Position numbers and translations under genes: made by a program. 64,000 nucleotides of DNA from Rhodothermaceae bacterium bin80 (GTDB lineage: Bacteria > Bacteroidota > Rhodothermia > Rhodothermales > Bin80): positions 123 through 64,122 of the forward strand of contig MPNB01000009.1 in NCBI GenBank assembly GCA_002238805.1, given 5' to 3'. This document shows positions 9,024 to 21,252 of the stretch, one piece after another; the first letter of the stretch is position 1, and each line of letters begins with the position of its first letter. The notes beneath the pieces were generated by a model. It was not told the DNA's origin and searched no databases. It saw only the letters and a list, made by a program, of their open reading frames with translations.

Positions 9024-9998
9024 CTACGGATGTTCAGTTTCGTCAGGAGGTCTGGCCACCTTCTGTTGTAACTCAGCGATGATATAGGGTTGCCGCTCCT
9101 CCATGCGTCCGCGCAGTATGAGGTCGCCGAGGAAACCCGTACACATAGCCTGTACGCCAACAATGATGAGCAGTGCTCCCAGCAGGAGGGCTGGACGATC
9201 CCCCACGGGGTTGTCGTAAACAAGTTTGTCGATGGTGATCCACAAACTGATTATAAAGCCACCCAGAAATGCCAGTAGCCCCATTGAACCAAAGAAATGC
9301 ATGGGGCGCGCACCAAAACGGGTCAGAAAACTCACTGTCATCAGATCCAGGCATCCTCGGATGTACCGTTCGAGTCCGAACTTCGAACGCCCATGCCGGC
9401 GTGACCGGTGCTTCACCGGACGCTCCCCAATGCGGTAAAATCCCTCCCATTTAGCCAACAGTGGTATGTAGCGATGCATCTCGCCGTAGACCTTTATCGC
9501 CTTTACCACTTCGAGCCTGTACGCCTTGAGTCCACAATTGAAGTCGTGCAGCGGAATACCGGATACAATGCGGGTAACCAAGTTAAAGAAGCGGCTTGGG
9601 AGCGTTTTGCTCAGGGAGTCTTTTCGTGTCTTCTTCCAGCCGCTCACAAGATCCAGCCCTTGGTCTATGGCATCCACGAGTTGGGGGATTTCGTGGGGAT
9701 CATCCTGTAAATCCGCATCCATAGTAATCACGATGCGGGCGTTTACGTGCTCAAACCCCGCTGCTAAGGCTGCACTTTTGCCGTAGTTACGACGGAATCG
9801 AATACCATTGTAACGCTTGTCAGCTGCACATTGGCGTACGATCTCAGTCCAGGAATCATCAGATGAGCCGTCATCTACAAACCAGACTTGGAAGGTCAAT
9901 CCGGCTTCTTCACAAGCCTCGCGTATCTCGTCAGCAAGCAGGCTGACGGTTGCAGCCTCCTCGAAGACTGGAACAACGATACCAACGACCGGAAGCAT
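9024..9998 (-). CDS. Family 2 glycosyltransferase (polyprenyl-phosphate sugar transferase type, ArnC/GtrB-like)
   Basis: VVPVFEE..., FVDDGSSDDS, ITMDADLQDDP (DxD), and two C-terminal TM helices. Confidence 0.85.
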   Translation of the reverse strand: MLPVVGIVVPVFEEAATVSLLADEIREACEEAGLTFQVWFVDDGSSDDSWTEIVRQCAADKRYNGIRFRRNYGKSAALAAGFEHVNARIVITMDADLQDDPHEIPQLVDAIDQGLDLVSGWKKTRKDSLSKTLPSRFFNLVTRIVSGIPLHDFNCGLKAYRLEVVKAIKVYGEMHRYIPLLAKWEGFYRIGERPVKHRSRRHGRSKFGLERYIRGCLDLMTVSFLTRFGARPMHFFGSMGLLAFLGGFIISLWITIDKLVYDNPVGDRPALLLGALLIIVGVQAMCTGFLGDLILRGRMEERQPYIIAELQQKVARPPDETEHP

Positions 9999-10004
9999 CA
10001 GCTT

Positions 10005-12065
<2,061 letters not shown>

Positions 12066-12285
12066 TCAAAGCCGTTGCAGGCACACGGGACTCTATTAGA
12101 ATTAGACCTCCTCTACACTTACACCGCGAAGTAAACACCTGCGGATTGGGATTATCGTGTTCCACAGCACGCAGCATTAATACCCTGTCTAGTCAACCAG
12201 TCTGCAACGATTCTGTTCACTGTTTCTCTGTTACGATTCTGTCACGATTTCTTCGAATACTCGAATCTGCGTGATACAGGGTTCA

Positions 12286-13635
12286 CTATTGATGGCTATG
12301 GGGGTATGCCTTGTCTGCAGGTACCTGACGTAACCCTTTGTGTGGTGCCAGGAGGTGTGCAAGCTCATCGGCCCGATCCCTTGCAATTCGGTAATGTACA
12401 TGCAGAGCTTCCTGTGCAGGTTGCCCATTATTGCTGACCTGAACCAACTCTTCGCCAATCACTGTCCCCAAGCGTCGGATGCCCGCCAGTGTGCGGCCAT
12501 CAGTAACCGGAATGAGCGCTGCCCCCTCAATCTGGGCTCCCTTCACCATCGTCTCAAGCCGGGCGGTTAATGTGTTCAGGCCAATCCCGCGCAAGGCAGC
12601 AATAGGTACTGCTTCAGGATAATCGCGCTTCAGAGCCGGCAGTGCCAACTCCGGCTCCTCGAGAGCGTCTATTTTGTTAAAAACCAGCAGTGTAGGGATT
12701 TCCAGTGCACCTATTTCCTTGAGAGTCTGACGTACAACCATCATCTGGTCCTCAAAACGGGGATGTGCAGCACTGACAACATGAATCAGCACATCGCTTT
12801 GTCGCACCTCATCGAGCGTACTCTTAAAGCTCTCAATCAATTTATGCGGTAGTTTCCGGATGAAGCCAACGGTGTCGGAGAGCAGCACTGTGGTTGCGCT
12901 TGAGAGCACACATTGGCGCGTAGTTGCATCCAGGGTTGCAAAGAGCCGATCTTCTGCAAGCACCCCACTCCGGGACATAGCATTCATGAGCGTAGACTTG
13001 CCTGCATTCGTGTAACCCACAAGTGCGACCCGGCGGTATTTTGCTCTGCGCCTCCTTTGCGTTATACGCTGTTGATCTATCCGTTCTAGACGGTTCCGAA
13101 GCGTAGCCATTCGCTGACCAATCAGTCTGCGATCCGTCTCGATCTGCGTTTCACCGGGGCCACGTGTACCAATACCGCCCTGCTGCCGGGAAAGGTGCGT
13201 CCATTGCCTTGTCAGCCGCGTGCGCAAATAGTCAAGTTGGGCCAGTTCAACTTGGGTTTTCGCGACTGCTGTTTTCGCTCGTTTTGCAAAAATATCCAGA
13301 ATGAGTTGGGAGCGATCAATGAGTTTGCAACCGAGTGCTTTCTCCAAATTACGGACCTGATTGGGACTTAGATCATCATCAAACAGAACTGTGCTGATCT
13401 TCTTTTCCTGCACAATTTCGGCAATTTCGCCGACCTTTCCAGATCTAAGGTAGGTTGCTGGATGCGGTTTCTGCAGAACCTGAGTTACGCGTCCCAGTAC
13501 TGTTGCCCCGGCGGTTTCCGCCAGTTGGGCTAACTCATCCAATGAATCCTGTGCTCTACCTCCTCTGCGCACGGCGCCCACAAGCAGTGCGGTCTCCTCG
13601 TGCGGCTCTCCAGTGATATACAGTTTACGTCCCAT
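12286..13635 (-). CDS. hflX: GTPase HflX
   Basis: DLSPNQVRNLEKALGCKLIDRSQLILDIFAKRAKT (HflX N-domain), G1 GYTNAGKST, G3 DTVGF, G4 NKID. Confidence 0.9.
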   Translation of the reverse strand: MGRKLYITGEPHEETALLVGAVRRGGRAQDSLDELAQLAETAGATVLGRVTQVLQKPHPATYLRSGKVGEIAEIVQEKKISTVLFDDDLSPNQVRNLEKALGCKLIDRSQLILDIFAKRAKTAVAKTQVELAQLDYLRTRLTRQWTHLSRQQGGIGTRGPGETQIETDRRLIGQRMATLRNRLERIDQQRITQRRRRAKYRRVALVGYTNAGKSTLMNAMSRSGVLAEDRLFATLDATTRQCVLSSATTVLLSDTVGFIRKLPHKLIESFKSTLDEVRQSDVLIHVVSAAHPRFEDQMMVVRQTLKEIGALEIPTLLVFNKIDALEEPELALPALKRDYPEAVPIAALRGIGLNTLTARLETMVKGAQIEGAALIPVTDGRTLAGIRRLGTVIGEELVQVSNNGQPAQEALHVHYRIARDRADELAHLLAPHKGLRQVPADKAYPHSHQ

Positions 13636-13638
13636 ACG

Positions 13639-15678
13639 CTAACGATTTTGCCAGCGCGCAGCAAGCATCATCTCAGCTGCTAAAAGGACGAGTCCAAGAA
13701 CAAGAAAATGCCGCCAAAGCTCCAAGCCGGTCCTTGCCCGGTTTACTGCAGCCGAAACGCCCTCTCCAGACGTAACATTCAACAATTCGACCGGGGCACC
13801 CAAAGCCTCTGCGAGGGCCTTACGGGCCTCTTCCGGCTCCATGTACACAAGACGTGATTCCCGGGGATCCAGTCCAACACTTAAAAGCCGTACGGAAGCG
13901 TCAGCAGCCAATACTTCAGCTACGCCTGGCGAATCCATATCAAGGTCTAATAGACTGGCGCCAAATACCTGACGCTGAGGTGGCATGAGTTCTGTTCCAT
14001 CTGGAGCTTTCACTGTGATATTACCCTGTACAGCAGGTATTCTTATGGAGGTCTGATGGCCGGCCAGAAGCTGTTCTCCCTGCACTGACCCACCTGCTGA
14101 AAGATAATGTGCTGCCCGATACATCAGCGGAACAAATAAACCACGAACAGGCAAATCGCTCCAGCCCAAATCCGGTGCCACGGCCAGAAAAAATATACGA
14201 CCATTGCCGAATTGGATTTCCTGCAAAAGGGGCGCCCCCCCCAAGAGTGTAATCAATGTATGCTCCGCGCCCGTCACACCAGGTACATACCGTGCGGAAC
14301 GATAGACCGTCACCGCCTCGAGTCTCTGTACGCGCTCCGAGGCTGTAAACACCCCTTCAAATAACGGATGCTCGAAATCTGCTTCATCGATAGATGTTTC
14401 CGATTCCTGGATGCTCACACGGCCAGCGCCAACGACCTCCAGAAATGCGTTGGTTGGTGTTGGTTCTGCAGCGGGAAAAATCAGCACTCCACCGCCATCT
14501 TGAATGTATTGTTCAAGCTTTGCCATCTCGCCGGTACTGAGTTCATCCGGGCTGATCAGAAAGATTGCCGAATATTGACTAAGCAAGGTGGCTGCCAGTG
14601 CACGCTGCGGGATTTTGGTCGTACGCAAAGCGTCCGATTCACTACGAAGGGAAAGGGCCAACTCTATATGGTCCGTCTGTGCTTCGGCGCCATGCACCAA
14701 GAGAATATCCCTGCGCGCAGGCACGTTAAGCGTAAAATATCTTCGATTATCTTCTTCAAATCCATCATCTTCCGTCATCACGTGACCTGCAAGCCATCCA
14801 CGCATTGTTGGTGCACCTCGAAGCATTACCCGAACAGGTATTTCCGGTGCAAGGGCAATGCTGGTTTGTGCGACACGTTCATCCCCGAAATACAGGCTCA
14901 CAGCATAATCGTCAATGGAGGAATTCCCATGGTTGACAACCGTGGCTTCTATTGTGGCTGGGGTATCCAGATCCACAATCCGGCTTGTTACTTGTACATC
15001 GGTAATTCCTACATTGGGCCGCGTTTCAGTTGCGCCTACAGGAACGAGTACTACACGAACTCCGTTGTCCAAGGGAATTTGTACCGAATCAAGCAGTGTC
15101 GATTCCTGCATGTCTCCTAGATAGTAGACAATTTTATCAAGATGAGAGGCCTCTTGGGCGACCAGTGCGCCAGCACTGCGAATAGTTGACGCCGCAGTCT
15201 GTGTTGCCGGGGTTGGGCCCCGATTTACGAGAACATCTGTCGTTTCCAAATATTGTGCCTTTTCGCTCAACATGAACAATTCATCCCCTGGTTCTGCTGA
15301 CTGAATGATAGCTTGTGCGGCAGACTTGGCCTGCCCCAGTCGCGTCCCATCAGAATCACGCTGCATCATTGACAACGATGCATCCAGTACAAGCACCGCA
15401 GATGTGCTGGAGCGCCCTAACAATCGGGTACCAGAAGAGTCCGTCAGGGTCGGACGGGCAAATGCAACAACTAGGGTGCACAATGCCAGCATTCTTAAAA
15501 GGAGCAGCAACCAGTTGCGGATACGGATCCGTTGCAGAGTCGTACGCTGTAGTGCCTGCAGGAGAGCAAGCGAACTGTAGTCCAATCGCTGCGGCCGCCG
15601 AAAATTAAAAAGATGTACAAGTAGGGGTATGGCTGCCGCGATCAATCCAAACAAGATGAGCGGGTTTATGAAGGCCAT
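13639..15678 (-). CDS. BatA-N-terminal-domain membrane protein (aerotolerance-operon-type, vWA-like)
   Basis: MAFINPLILFGLIAAAIPLLVHLFNFRRP is the typical BatA_N start. There is a second TM helix and a C-terminal TM. 679 aa. Confidence 0.65.
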   Translation of the reverse strand: MAFINPLILFGLIAAAIPLLVHLFNFRRPQRLDYSSLALLQALQRTTLQRIRIRNWLLLLLRMLALCTLVVAFARPTLTDSSGTRLLGRSSTSAVLVLDASLSMMQRDSDGTRLGQAKSAAQAIIQSAEPGDELFMLSEKAQYLETTDVLVNRGPTPATQTAASTIRSAGALVAQEASHLDKIVYYLGDMQESTLLDSVQIPLDNGVRVVLVPVGATETRPNVGITDVQVTSRIVDLDTPATIEATVVNHGNSSIDDYAVSLYFGDERVAQTSIALAPEIPVRVMLRGAPTMRGWLAGHVMTEDDGFEEDNRRYFTLNVPARRDILLVHGAEAQTDHIELALSLRSESDALRTTKIPQRALAATLLSQYSAIFLISPDELSTGEMAKLEQYIQDGGGVLIFPAAEPTPTNAFLEVVGAGRVSIQESETSIDEADFEHPLFEGVFTASERVQRLEAVTVYRSARYVPGVTGAEHTLITLLGGAPLLQEIQFGNGRIFFLAVAPDLGWSDLPVRGLFVPLMYRAAHYLSAGGSVQGEQLLAGHQTSIRIPAVQGNITVKAPDGTELMPPQRQVFGASLLDLDMDSPGVAEVLAADASVRLLSVGLDPRESRLVYMEPEEARKALAEALGAPVELLNVTSGEGVSAAVNRARTGLELWRHFLVLGLVLLAAEMMLAARWQNR

Positions 15679-15796
15679 GGGGGAATGATGCGCCCGTACA
15701 GCGGGCTACCTGCTACAGATGCATTACTGCACTGTTCCAGGTCTCACACCAGTGGGCGAAAAATTACCGGCCATGAGATCTGTAGGTTGTGAGGCT

Positions 15797-16129
15797 TCAC
15801 CAACGAGTCAATAGGTGGACTGCCCATCCCATGTCTGCCGCTCTCCCACGCAGGATTATTAGTGCTGAACAAGAAATTAGCTTCATTGTGAGACCATCGG
15901 CAATGTTAAACGTCAGCGGCATGCCAACAATTACAGGCAGAGTTGGCACGGCGGGATCTAGGTCATCCCGGACAAGGTTTCGCACAAGCCCCAGTGTGGT
16001 GCTCCGATGATAATCAGGGCAGCTGCAACCGCCTATGATGTGGTTCGCATAGATCTTCTGAAATTTCTTTAACTCCATACTCCTCGAACCAAACCAGTGC
16101 TTTAAACTCCAGAAGGTCAACCTAACCAC
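15797..16129 (-). CDS. Hypothetical protein
   Basis: Open frame in an otherwise empty intergenic region, with an alternative ATG at 16078 (MELKKFQKIY...). No motif recognised. Confidence 0.25.
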   Translation of the reverse strand: MVRLTFWSLKHWFGSRSMELKKFQKIYANHIIGGCSCPDYHRSTTLGLVRNLVRDDLDPAVPTLPVIVGMPLTFNIADGLTMKLISCSALIILRGRAADMGWAVHLLTRW

Positions 16130-16379
16130 CTAGTGCTTGTAACTGGTCGCTCATTTCTCTGCGCGTTGCTCCAAAGTCAGCCATTAAAGCTGGATCACTT
16201 TTTCAGTGCAACAGTCTCGAGAGGTTCTGCGAGAATTCACAAAACGTTATATTCCTCACGTGTGGGTTAGCCGTTTTTAGGTCAGCAGTGCATTTCCAGT
16301 CTCTACGACTCGCCGCAATCAAGCCTTCCTCAGGCAGTCACTGCCAGTCGAGTGACAGAGGTGGGCGGAATTTCACAGG

Positions 16380-18563
16380 ATGAAATTGCTTCATAGTCCC
16401 CTTGTTCTTGCCGGGAAGCTTCGTGCTGCATTCTCTTCCCCGTCGTTGCTTCCGGTGCTGTCGGCCGGGATCGTTTCGGGTCTCAGCTTGCTACTCGTCC
16501 AAGTGGCCTTTGGCACCTTCATCTTCTCTGGAGCGCTGTCTGCGTATTCTTCGCAGGGAATCGGCTTGATCTTATTTGGGAATTTCGCTGTGTGTTTACT
16601 CTTCTCTCTTTTGGGTGGGTATCGTGGCGTGGTCGCTGGTCTTTCCCCTGCGGTGGTACTCGTGATGGCAACCGTTGTGGCCTCTGTGGATGCGGATGGC
16701 GAGGCACTCCTAGTAACCGCAGTGTGTACGCTGATCTTCAGTGCTGCTGCGACGGGCGTATTCTGTCTCCTGGTCGGAAATTTCCAGCTCGCCAATCTGC
16801 TGCGGTTCATCCCGTATCCAGTAGTGGTTGGATTTGTAGCCGGGATCGGGGGGGCTGCCTGCCTGGCGGCCCTGTCTCTGATGGGAGTAAATCTGGGCTT
16901 ACAGCCCACGCACTTGCTGGAACCAATCGTGTTGTGGACCTGGCTACCGGGTTTGATATATGGGGTAGTCTTGTACGGTGCTATAAAGTACTGGAAGAAT
17001 TCTCTGATCTTGCCGGTGAGCGCTTTGTTTTTAGTCAGTGCATACTTCCTGGCTCTTTTTGTCTTTGGCATTTCCTACGACGAGGCCAGAGAGGCGGGAT
17101 TACTACTTACCAGTACTGCACAAGGAAACCTGTGGCCGGCAATCTGGCCGACCGACCTTGTACACATAGATTGGTCTGCAATCGTCGGGCAAATACCGCA
17201 CATGATCATGCTGATCCTGATCGCCCTGATCGCCATCGTCATGAATATTGCCGGGCTAGAGGTTGCCGTGGGCAAGGATCTTGACTGGAATCGCGAGTTC
17301 CGGGTGACTGGCATTGCCAGCATCTTTGCTGGATTAGGTGGGGGAACGGTAGCGACCATCATCGTTCCCATATCGCTCCGCCACAAGCTCCTCCGCGCTA
17401 GCACCCGGGTGACGGGAATAATCGTAGCCTGTGTCATCGGGTCTGCGCTATTGTTTGGTGACGGAATGCTACAGTTCGTTCCAACCCTGTTTGTCGGCGG
17501 CGTACTGGTCTTTGCGGGTCTCGGTATGCTAGACCAAGGCCTTATAGAGAGCTACAAACGCCTGCCTAGAACAGAATTTGCCATCGTCCTCCTGATCTTC
17601 GTGGCAATCACATTCTTCGGCCTGCTTGAGGGCGTGATTTCCGGTATGGTTGCTACTCTCTTATTCTTTACTGTGCGTCTCAGCCGGCTAAACCCGATTG
17701 AATCCGTTTTTACCACGCGTGAACATCGGAGCAAGAAAGCCCGCACGGTCCCCGATCGAGCTATCCTTCTGGCGGAAAGTGCTCGGGTAAAGGTATACAA
17801 GCTTCAGGGATATATCTTCTTCGGTAGTGTTAATATTCTGTCCCGCCATCTTAAAGATTCTTTGGACAGCTCAGCACGACTTTTTTGCCTGATGATTGAT
17901 TGTACCAACATCACCGGGTTTGACTTTTCGGCAGTAAACGTGGTGGCCCGATTAGTGAAGCAGGCAAATGCAATGGGTGTGCATGTGGTCTTCAGTGGCC
18001 TTTCAGAGAACTTGCGGGTCGGTCTGGAGCGAAACCTTCCATCTTCGGTATTTGGGGAGTTGTATCTGGAACCAAATATTGACCTGGGTATGGAGCGCTG
18101 CGAAGAGCTCATTCTCGCGGCGTGGAAAACAGATAAGGCGACGACGGGGCAACGACGGGCCTCATTATTTGAGAATACCGTCGAGCATCTTGAGCGCTAT
18201 CTGGATCGACAGATTCATTTCGAGAACCTGATCGAAGGCCTTCAGCCGTGGTTGATCCCCCGACGTTATGCCACCATGGAAACCATTTCAGCACCCGGGG
18301 TCCCATACGAAGGCTTGCATTTGCTGATATCAGGTCTAGTCTCCATCTACAATTCCGATGGACTACGACTACGCCAGTGTCGCCCCGGTGATGCAATCTG
18401 GCCGACCCATCCATTGACCGAGACAGCGACGATTATTGTTGCAGACGAACCATGCCGCACAATGTTGCTCAAACCTGAGACCCAGCGTTGGCTGGAACAA
18501 CACGAACAGGAATTGACCATAAAACTTTATCAGTATCTGCTCGCTGATAAATATCGGAACTGA
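16380..18563 (+). CDS. SulP-family anion transporter with STAS and cyclic-nucleotide-binding-like C-terminal domains
   Basis: 727 aa. About 440 aa of polytopic membrane domain, a STAS-like segment (VYKLQGYIFFGSVN ... VHVVFSGL), and a C-terminal ~120-aa cNMP-binding-like region. Confidence 0.8.
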   Translation: MKLLHSPLVLAGKLRAAFSSPSLLPVLSAGIVSGLSLLLVQVAFGTFIFSGALSAYSSQGIGLILFGNFAVCLLFSLLGGYRGVVAGLSPAVVLVMATVVASVDADGEALLVTAVCTLIFSAAATGVFCLLVGNFQLANLLRFIPYPVVVGFVAGIGGAACLAALSLMGVNLGLQPTHLLEPIVLWTWLPGLIYGVVLYGAIKYWKNSLILPVSALFLVSAYFLALFVFGISYDEAREAGLLLTSTAQGNLWPAIWPTDLVHIDWSAIVGQIPHMIMLILIALIAIVMNIAGLEVAVGKDLDWNREFRVTGIASIFAGLGGGTVATIIVPISLRHKLLRASTRVTGIIVACVIGSALLFGDGMLQFVPTLFVGGVLVFAGLGMLDQGLIESYKRLPRTEFAIVLLIFVAITFFGLLEGVISGMVATLLFFTVRLSRLNPIESVFTTREHRSKKARTVPDRAILLAESARVKVYKLQGYIFFGSVNILSRHLKDSLDSSARLFCLMIDCTNITGFDFSAVNVVARLVKQANAMGVHVVFSGLSENLRVGLERNLPSSVFGELYLEPNIDLGMERCEELILAAWKTDKATTGQRRASLFENTVEHLERYLDRQIHFENLIEGLQPWLIPRRYATMETISAPGVPYEGLHLLISGLVSIYNSDGLRLRQCRPGDAIWPTHPLTETATIIVADEPCRTMLLKPETQRWLEQHEQELTIKLYQYLLADKYRN

Positions 18564-18891
18564 ACCAACCAAGGTTGTGCCTCAAGATTGAAGTTCAGCT
18601 ATATCACACACAAAGGCACACCTACACCTTCACAAGAATACGGCAGTATGCGTGAAAGTATGCATCACAACGAGAATCATGCGGAATTTGGCCCTCCATC
18701 GAGCAATTCTTGTGGCCTAGAGCGTACCTAAGTGCGACTAAGACGATCTGAGCCGCCGCAAAGAATCTTGCCATATCTGCACACCAACAGCTACCAGACA
18801 TCATCCCGCTTGGACCTGGGCACCTCCTTATCTTCACTCTGATGTGTCACATATTCAGTTTCCAGGGACTATGCTCACAAGATATCCCCGG

Positions 18892-20091
18892 TCATCGCCC
18901 CAAGCCTTTACTCCGATGCCCGGTGAACCCCATCGGTGGCGATCCGATCTCTAGAGGGGCGTAGTTCTCCACCAGCCAATCCTGCATAGATGGGATCGGG
19001 ATCGCGTAGCGCCCGCCCTCCGTCAATTGCAGGATGCCGCAGTGCCGTGCCCGGCGAAACAACTTCTTGGTCGTAGCCTCCCCATATTCACGGGACAGGG
19101 ATGACAGGATCGTCTCACGGGTCGTGCTCCCTCCAGTCGGAATATTCTCGAATACCCTTGCCAGACAATGCCGCTCCTCCTCGACAAAACCGGCCGCGCG
19201 CCTCTCATAGTACTTCGTCCGAAAGTCGAGTCCCGCATCCAAGACGGTGGATAGCCCATCTTTGGTCATGGTACCACCATGAGTGTGCAGGTATTCCACA
19301 GCGGGTCCCACATACGACAGGATGTGCTGGGGCCATCCGTGCGTTTCCTGCTCGATGGCATCAATCCACTCCTTGGGATCTCCTTTGGCTCCACCATCCT
19401 CCGTAAGCCAGTCGCGGATGATCGCCCGCTCCGCATCTTTGTCCAAGCTCCCCAGCTCTACAAAGCTCCTCCGCTCAAACCTCGAAATCCCCAAAGACTC
19501 AAAGGCATCCACGGTCGTGTCCAGCCCACCCACCAACAGGACGAGGGGGCGCCCCACATCGCCATTATGAATCGCCGTCAGGACCTCGCCCACGGAGAGC
19601 CGGATGTCAAGCTCACTGCTCAGATCCTCCAGCCGCTGCGCTTCATCCAGCTTAAGGAGCAGCGGGCCAACCCCACCCCGGAGCATATCTAGGACGGATA
19701 CTGCACTCTGATCAATGACCAGTCCACCATCCACAAGAGACTTTCCGCCATACTGGGACGAACGTAATGCGCCTGGCCTCCAGAGAGGGAACATGCCGTC
19801 AATTCCCGCAATCCTCCATCCCGATTCCTGTGCATACCTCACACATTCAGATAGCAGCGCTGTCTTTCCCACTCCCGGGGGACCTTGAATCAGGAAAGTC
19901 CCGCCGGAGGCGTTATTACCGTAATGCTCCAGCAGACAATCAAAGTCCCCCAGTATCTTTTTTCGCCCATGGAAATGCTTTGCCTCCCCCCGGTCGATCA
20001 CGGCGGGCGTTGGATGTGGCGAGCGGATGGGGGATCCGGGAGGCTGCATAATCGGCGGAGTTTTGTGCTTTTGTGTACTCACACGGGGCAT
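18892..20091 (-). CDS. AAA_16/ORC-Cdc6-like P-loop ATPase
   Basis: FHGRKKILGDF lead-in, Walker A GPPGVGKT (19861-19884), Walker B LLLKLDEAQ, and a helical C-terminal half. 399 aa. Confidence 0.65.
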   Translation of the reverse strand: MPRVSTQKHKTPPIMQPPGSPIRSPHPTPAVIDRGEAKHFHGRKKILGDFDCLLEHYGNNASGGTFLIQGPPGVGKTALLSECVRYAQESGWRIAGIDGMFPLWRPGALRSSQYGGKSLVDGGLVIDQSAVSVLDMLRGGVGPLLLKLDEAQRLEDLSSELDIRLSVGEVLTAIHNGDVGRPLVLLVGGLDTTVDAFESLGISRFERRSFVELGSLDKDAERAIIRDWLTEDGGAKGDPKEWIDAIEQETHGWPQHILSYVGPAVEYLHTHGGTMTKDGLSTVLDAGLDFRTKYYERRAAGFVEEERHCLARVFENIPTGGSTTRETILSSLSREYGEATTKKLFRRARHCGILQLTEGGRYAIPIPSMQDWLVENYAPLEIGSPPMGFTGHRSKGLGR

Positions 20092-20163
20092 GCGGGGTCC
20101 CTCGTGTTTTCACTCGAGGCTATAACACTATACAGTTATTATACAATCCGCCGGCTCCTTTAA

Positions 20164-20739
20164 TCACCCTCCCACCACCTTGTAAGGGGTAGAGCAGGCG
20201 GGGCAGTTAACTGTTATGTCAATTCCGAGGAGAGGGACTCTGCTCTTCTTTTTGCATCTTGGGCAAGAAATGATTTGCTTGTCTAGTGCTGGGGGAAGAT
20301 ATCCAGCCCTCGGCGTTTTCCCTGCAGGGATCTGCCATAGGCTACCTGCCTTATCCAACACCTTAACCACATTCATGATAGGAGCATTGAAAAACTCCTT
20401 CCCGGGATTCAGCCGGGAGTCTTTCATTGTCTGATGCACATATTTCTCGGCTTTCAGACGATTGGATACATGGACAAAGTATGCGAGCCGGAAATTTTGG
20501 TACACAGATGTCGACGTGCTCAGTCCCTCAATTCGCTCCGAAGGAGATACCCGGGTTTGCCCAATTTTGAAGACAGTATCTACAAAACACGGATTCCATG
20601 CTACATACACCCATCCGAGGTGTTTGTATTCACGACGGCGCTTATCAAACGATTTAAGATTGAGACTGCTCAACGCCTCCGCTAAGTGGAAAGCCCCACG
20701 CGAATTTATGATCTCTTCCGTTAATCCTTCATCCCTCAT
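20164..20739 (-). CDS. T5orf172 / MUG113 (GIY-YIG-superfamily) domain protein with C-terminal zinc ribbon
   Basis: GWVYVAWNP...VFKIGQTRVSPSERIEGLSTST...LKAEKYVHQTMKDSRLNPGKEFFNAP matches the T5orf172 pattern. The C-terminal CPRCKKKSRV...CPACSTPYKV is a CxxC-x17-CxxC ribbon. Confidence 0.65.
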   Translation of the reverse strand: MRDEGLTEEIINSRGAFHLAEALSSLNLKSFDKRRREYKHLGWVYVAWNPCFVDTVFKIGQTRVSPSERIEGLSTSTSVYQNFRLAYFVHVSNRLKAEKYVHQTMKDSRLNPGKEFFNAPIMNVVKVLDKAGSLWQIPAGKTPRAGYLPPALDKQIISCPRCKKKSRVPLLGIDITVNCPACSTPYKVVGG

Positions 20740-20903
20740 ATTTGACTTATACCTGGATTGCCTACAAACGGTGGCTGTGAGCGGTTTGTTACCCTAGTGC
20801 TTTTGCTGGTGCGACACTGGAAGTGTTCTCCTCGGTAGATTGCTGGTGTGGGTGTGGCAGCGTGTTGATGCGATGGGGCGAATCAACACGGTGGTACTGA
20901 AGA

Positions 20904-21188
20904 TCAAGCTTCATCCTTTTCAGCAACCGATTCTTTCGTGGTATCTGGTGTCCCGTTGGTCGCAGTCTGGGACTCTTTCTCATTCTTCGGAGATTCCTTC
21001 GCAGCAGGTTTAGCAGCGTAATCTGTCTGATAAAAACCACTGCCTTTGAAAATAAATCCAGTTCCTCCACTAATGAGTCGCTGCACCGGTTGACCGGTTG
21101 TCGGGCAGTGCGTAAGCCGGTCTGCAGTGATTGGCTGTAAGATCTCGAAGACAGTTCCATCAGCCCGTCTATAGTCGTAAGTCGGCAT
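20904..21188 (-). CDS. FmdB-family protein (zinc-ribbon regulator family), cysteine-depleted variant
   Basis: MPTYDYRRADGTVFEILQ...THCPTTGQPVQRLISGGTGFIFKGSGFYQTDY aligns with the MPxYEYxCxxCG..FE...CPxCG...RlISg..f.fKGsGFY family pattern. It retains only one of the four Cys. Confidence 0.6.
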   Translation of the reverse strand: MPTYDYRRADGTVFEILQPITADRLTHCPTTGQPVQRLISGGTGFIFKGSGFYQTDYAAKPAAKESPKNEKESQTATNGTPDTTKESVAEKDEA

Positions 21189-21252
21189 ACAGGTTGTAAG
21201 TACGGTTAGGACAGCGGCTGCGAAAGCTCAAACGTGATGATTGTTCCGTATC

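Noticed and set aside
14368-17284. Medium-sized ORFs antisense or out of frame inside the BatA-like gene (14368-15120, 250 aa) and the SulP gene (16391-17071, 226 aa; 16592-17284, 230 aa).
   Set aside because: They are fully embedded in longer ORFs that have convincing family signatures. Their translations show no motifs and have a biased composition.
20789-21160. A 123-aa minus-strand ORF overlapping the FmdB-family gene in another frame.
   Set aside because: The FmdB-family frame shows strong family conservation, and the alternative frame has no motif.
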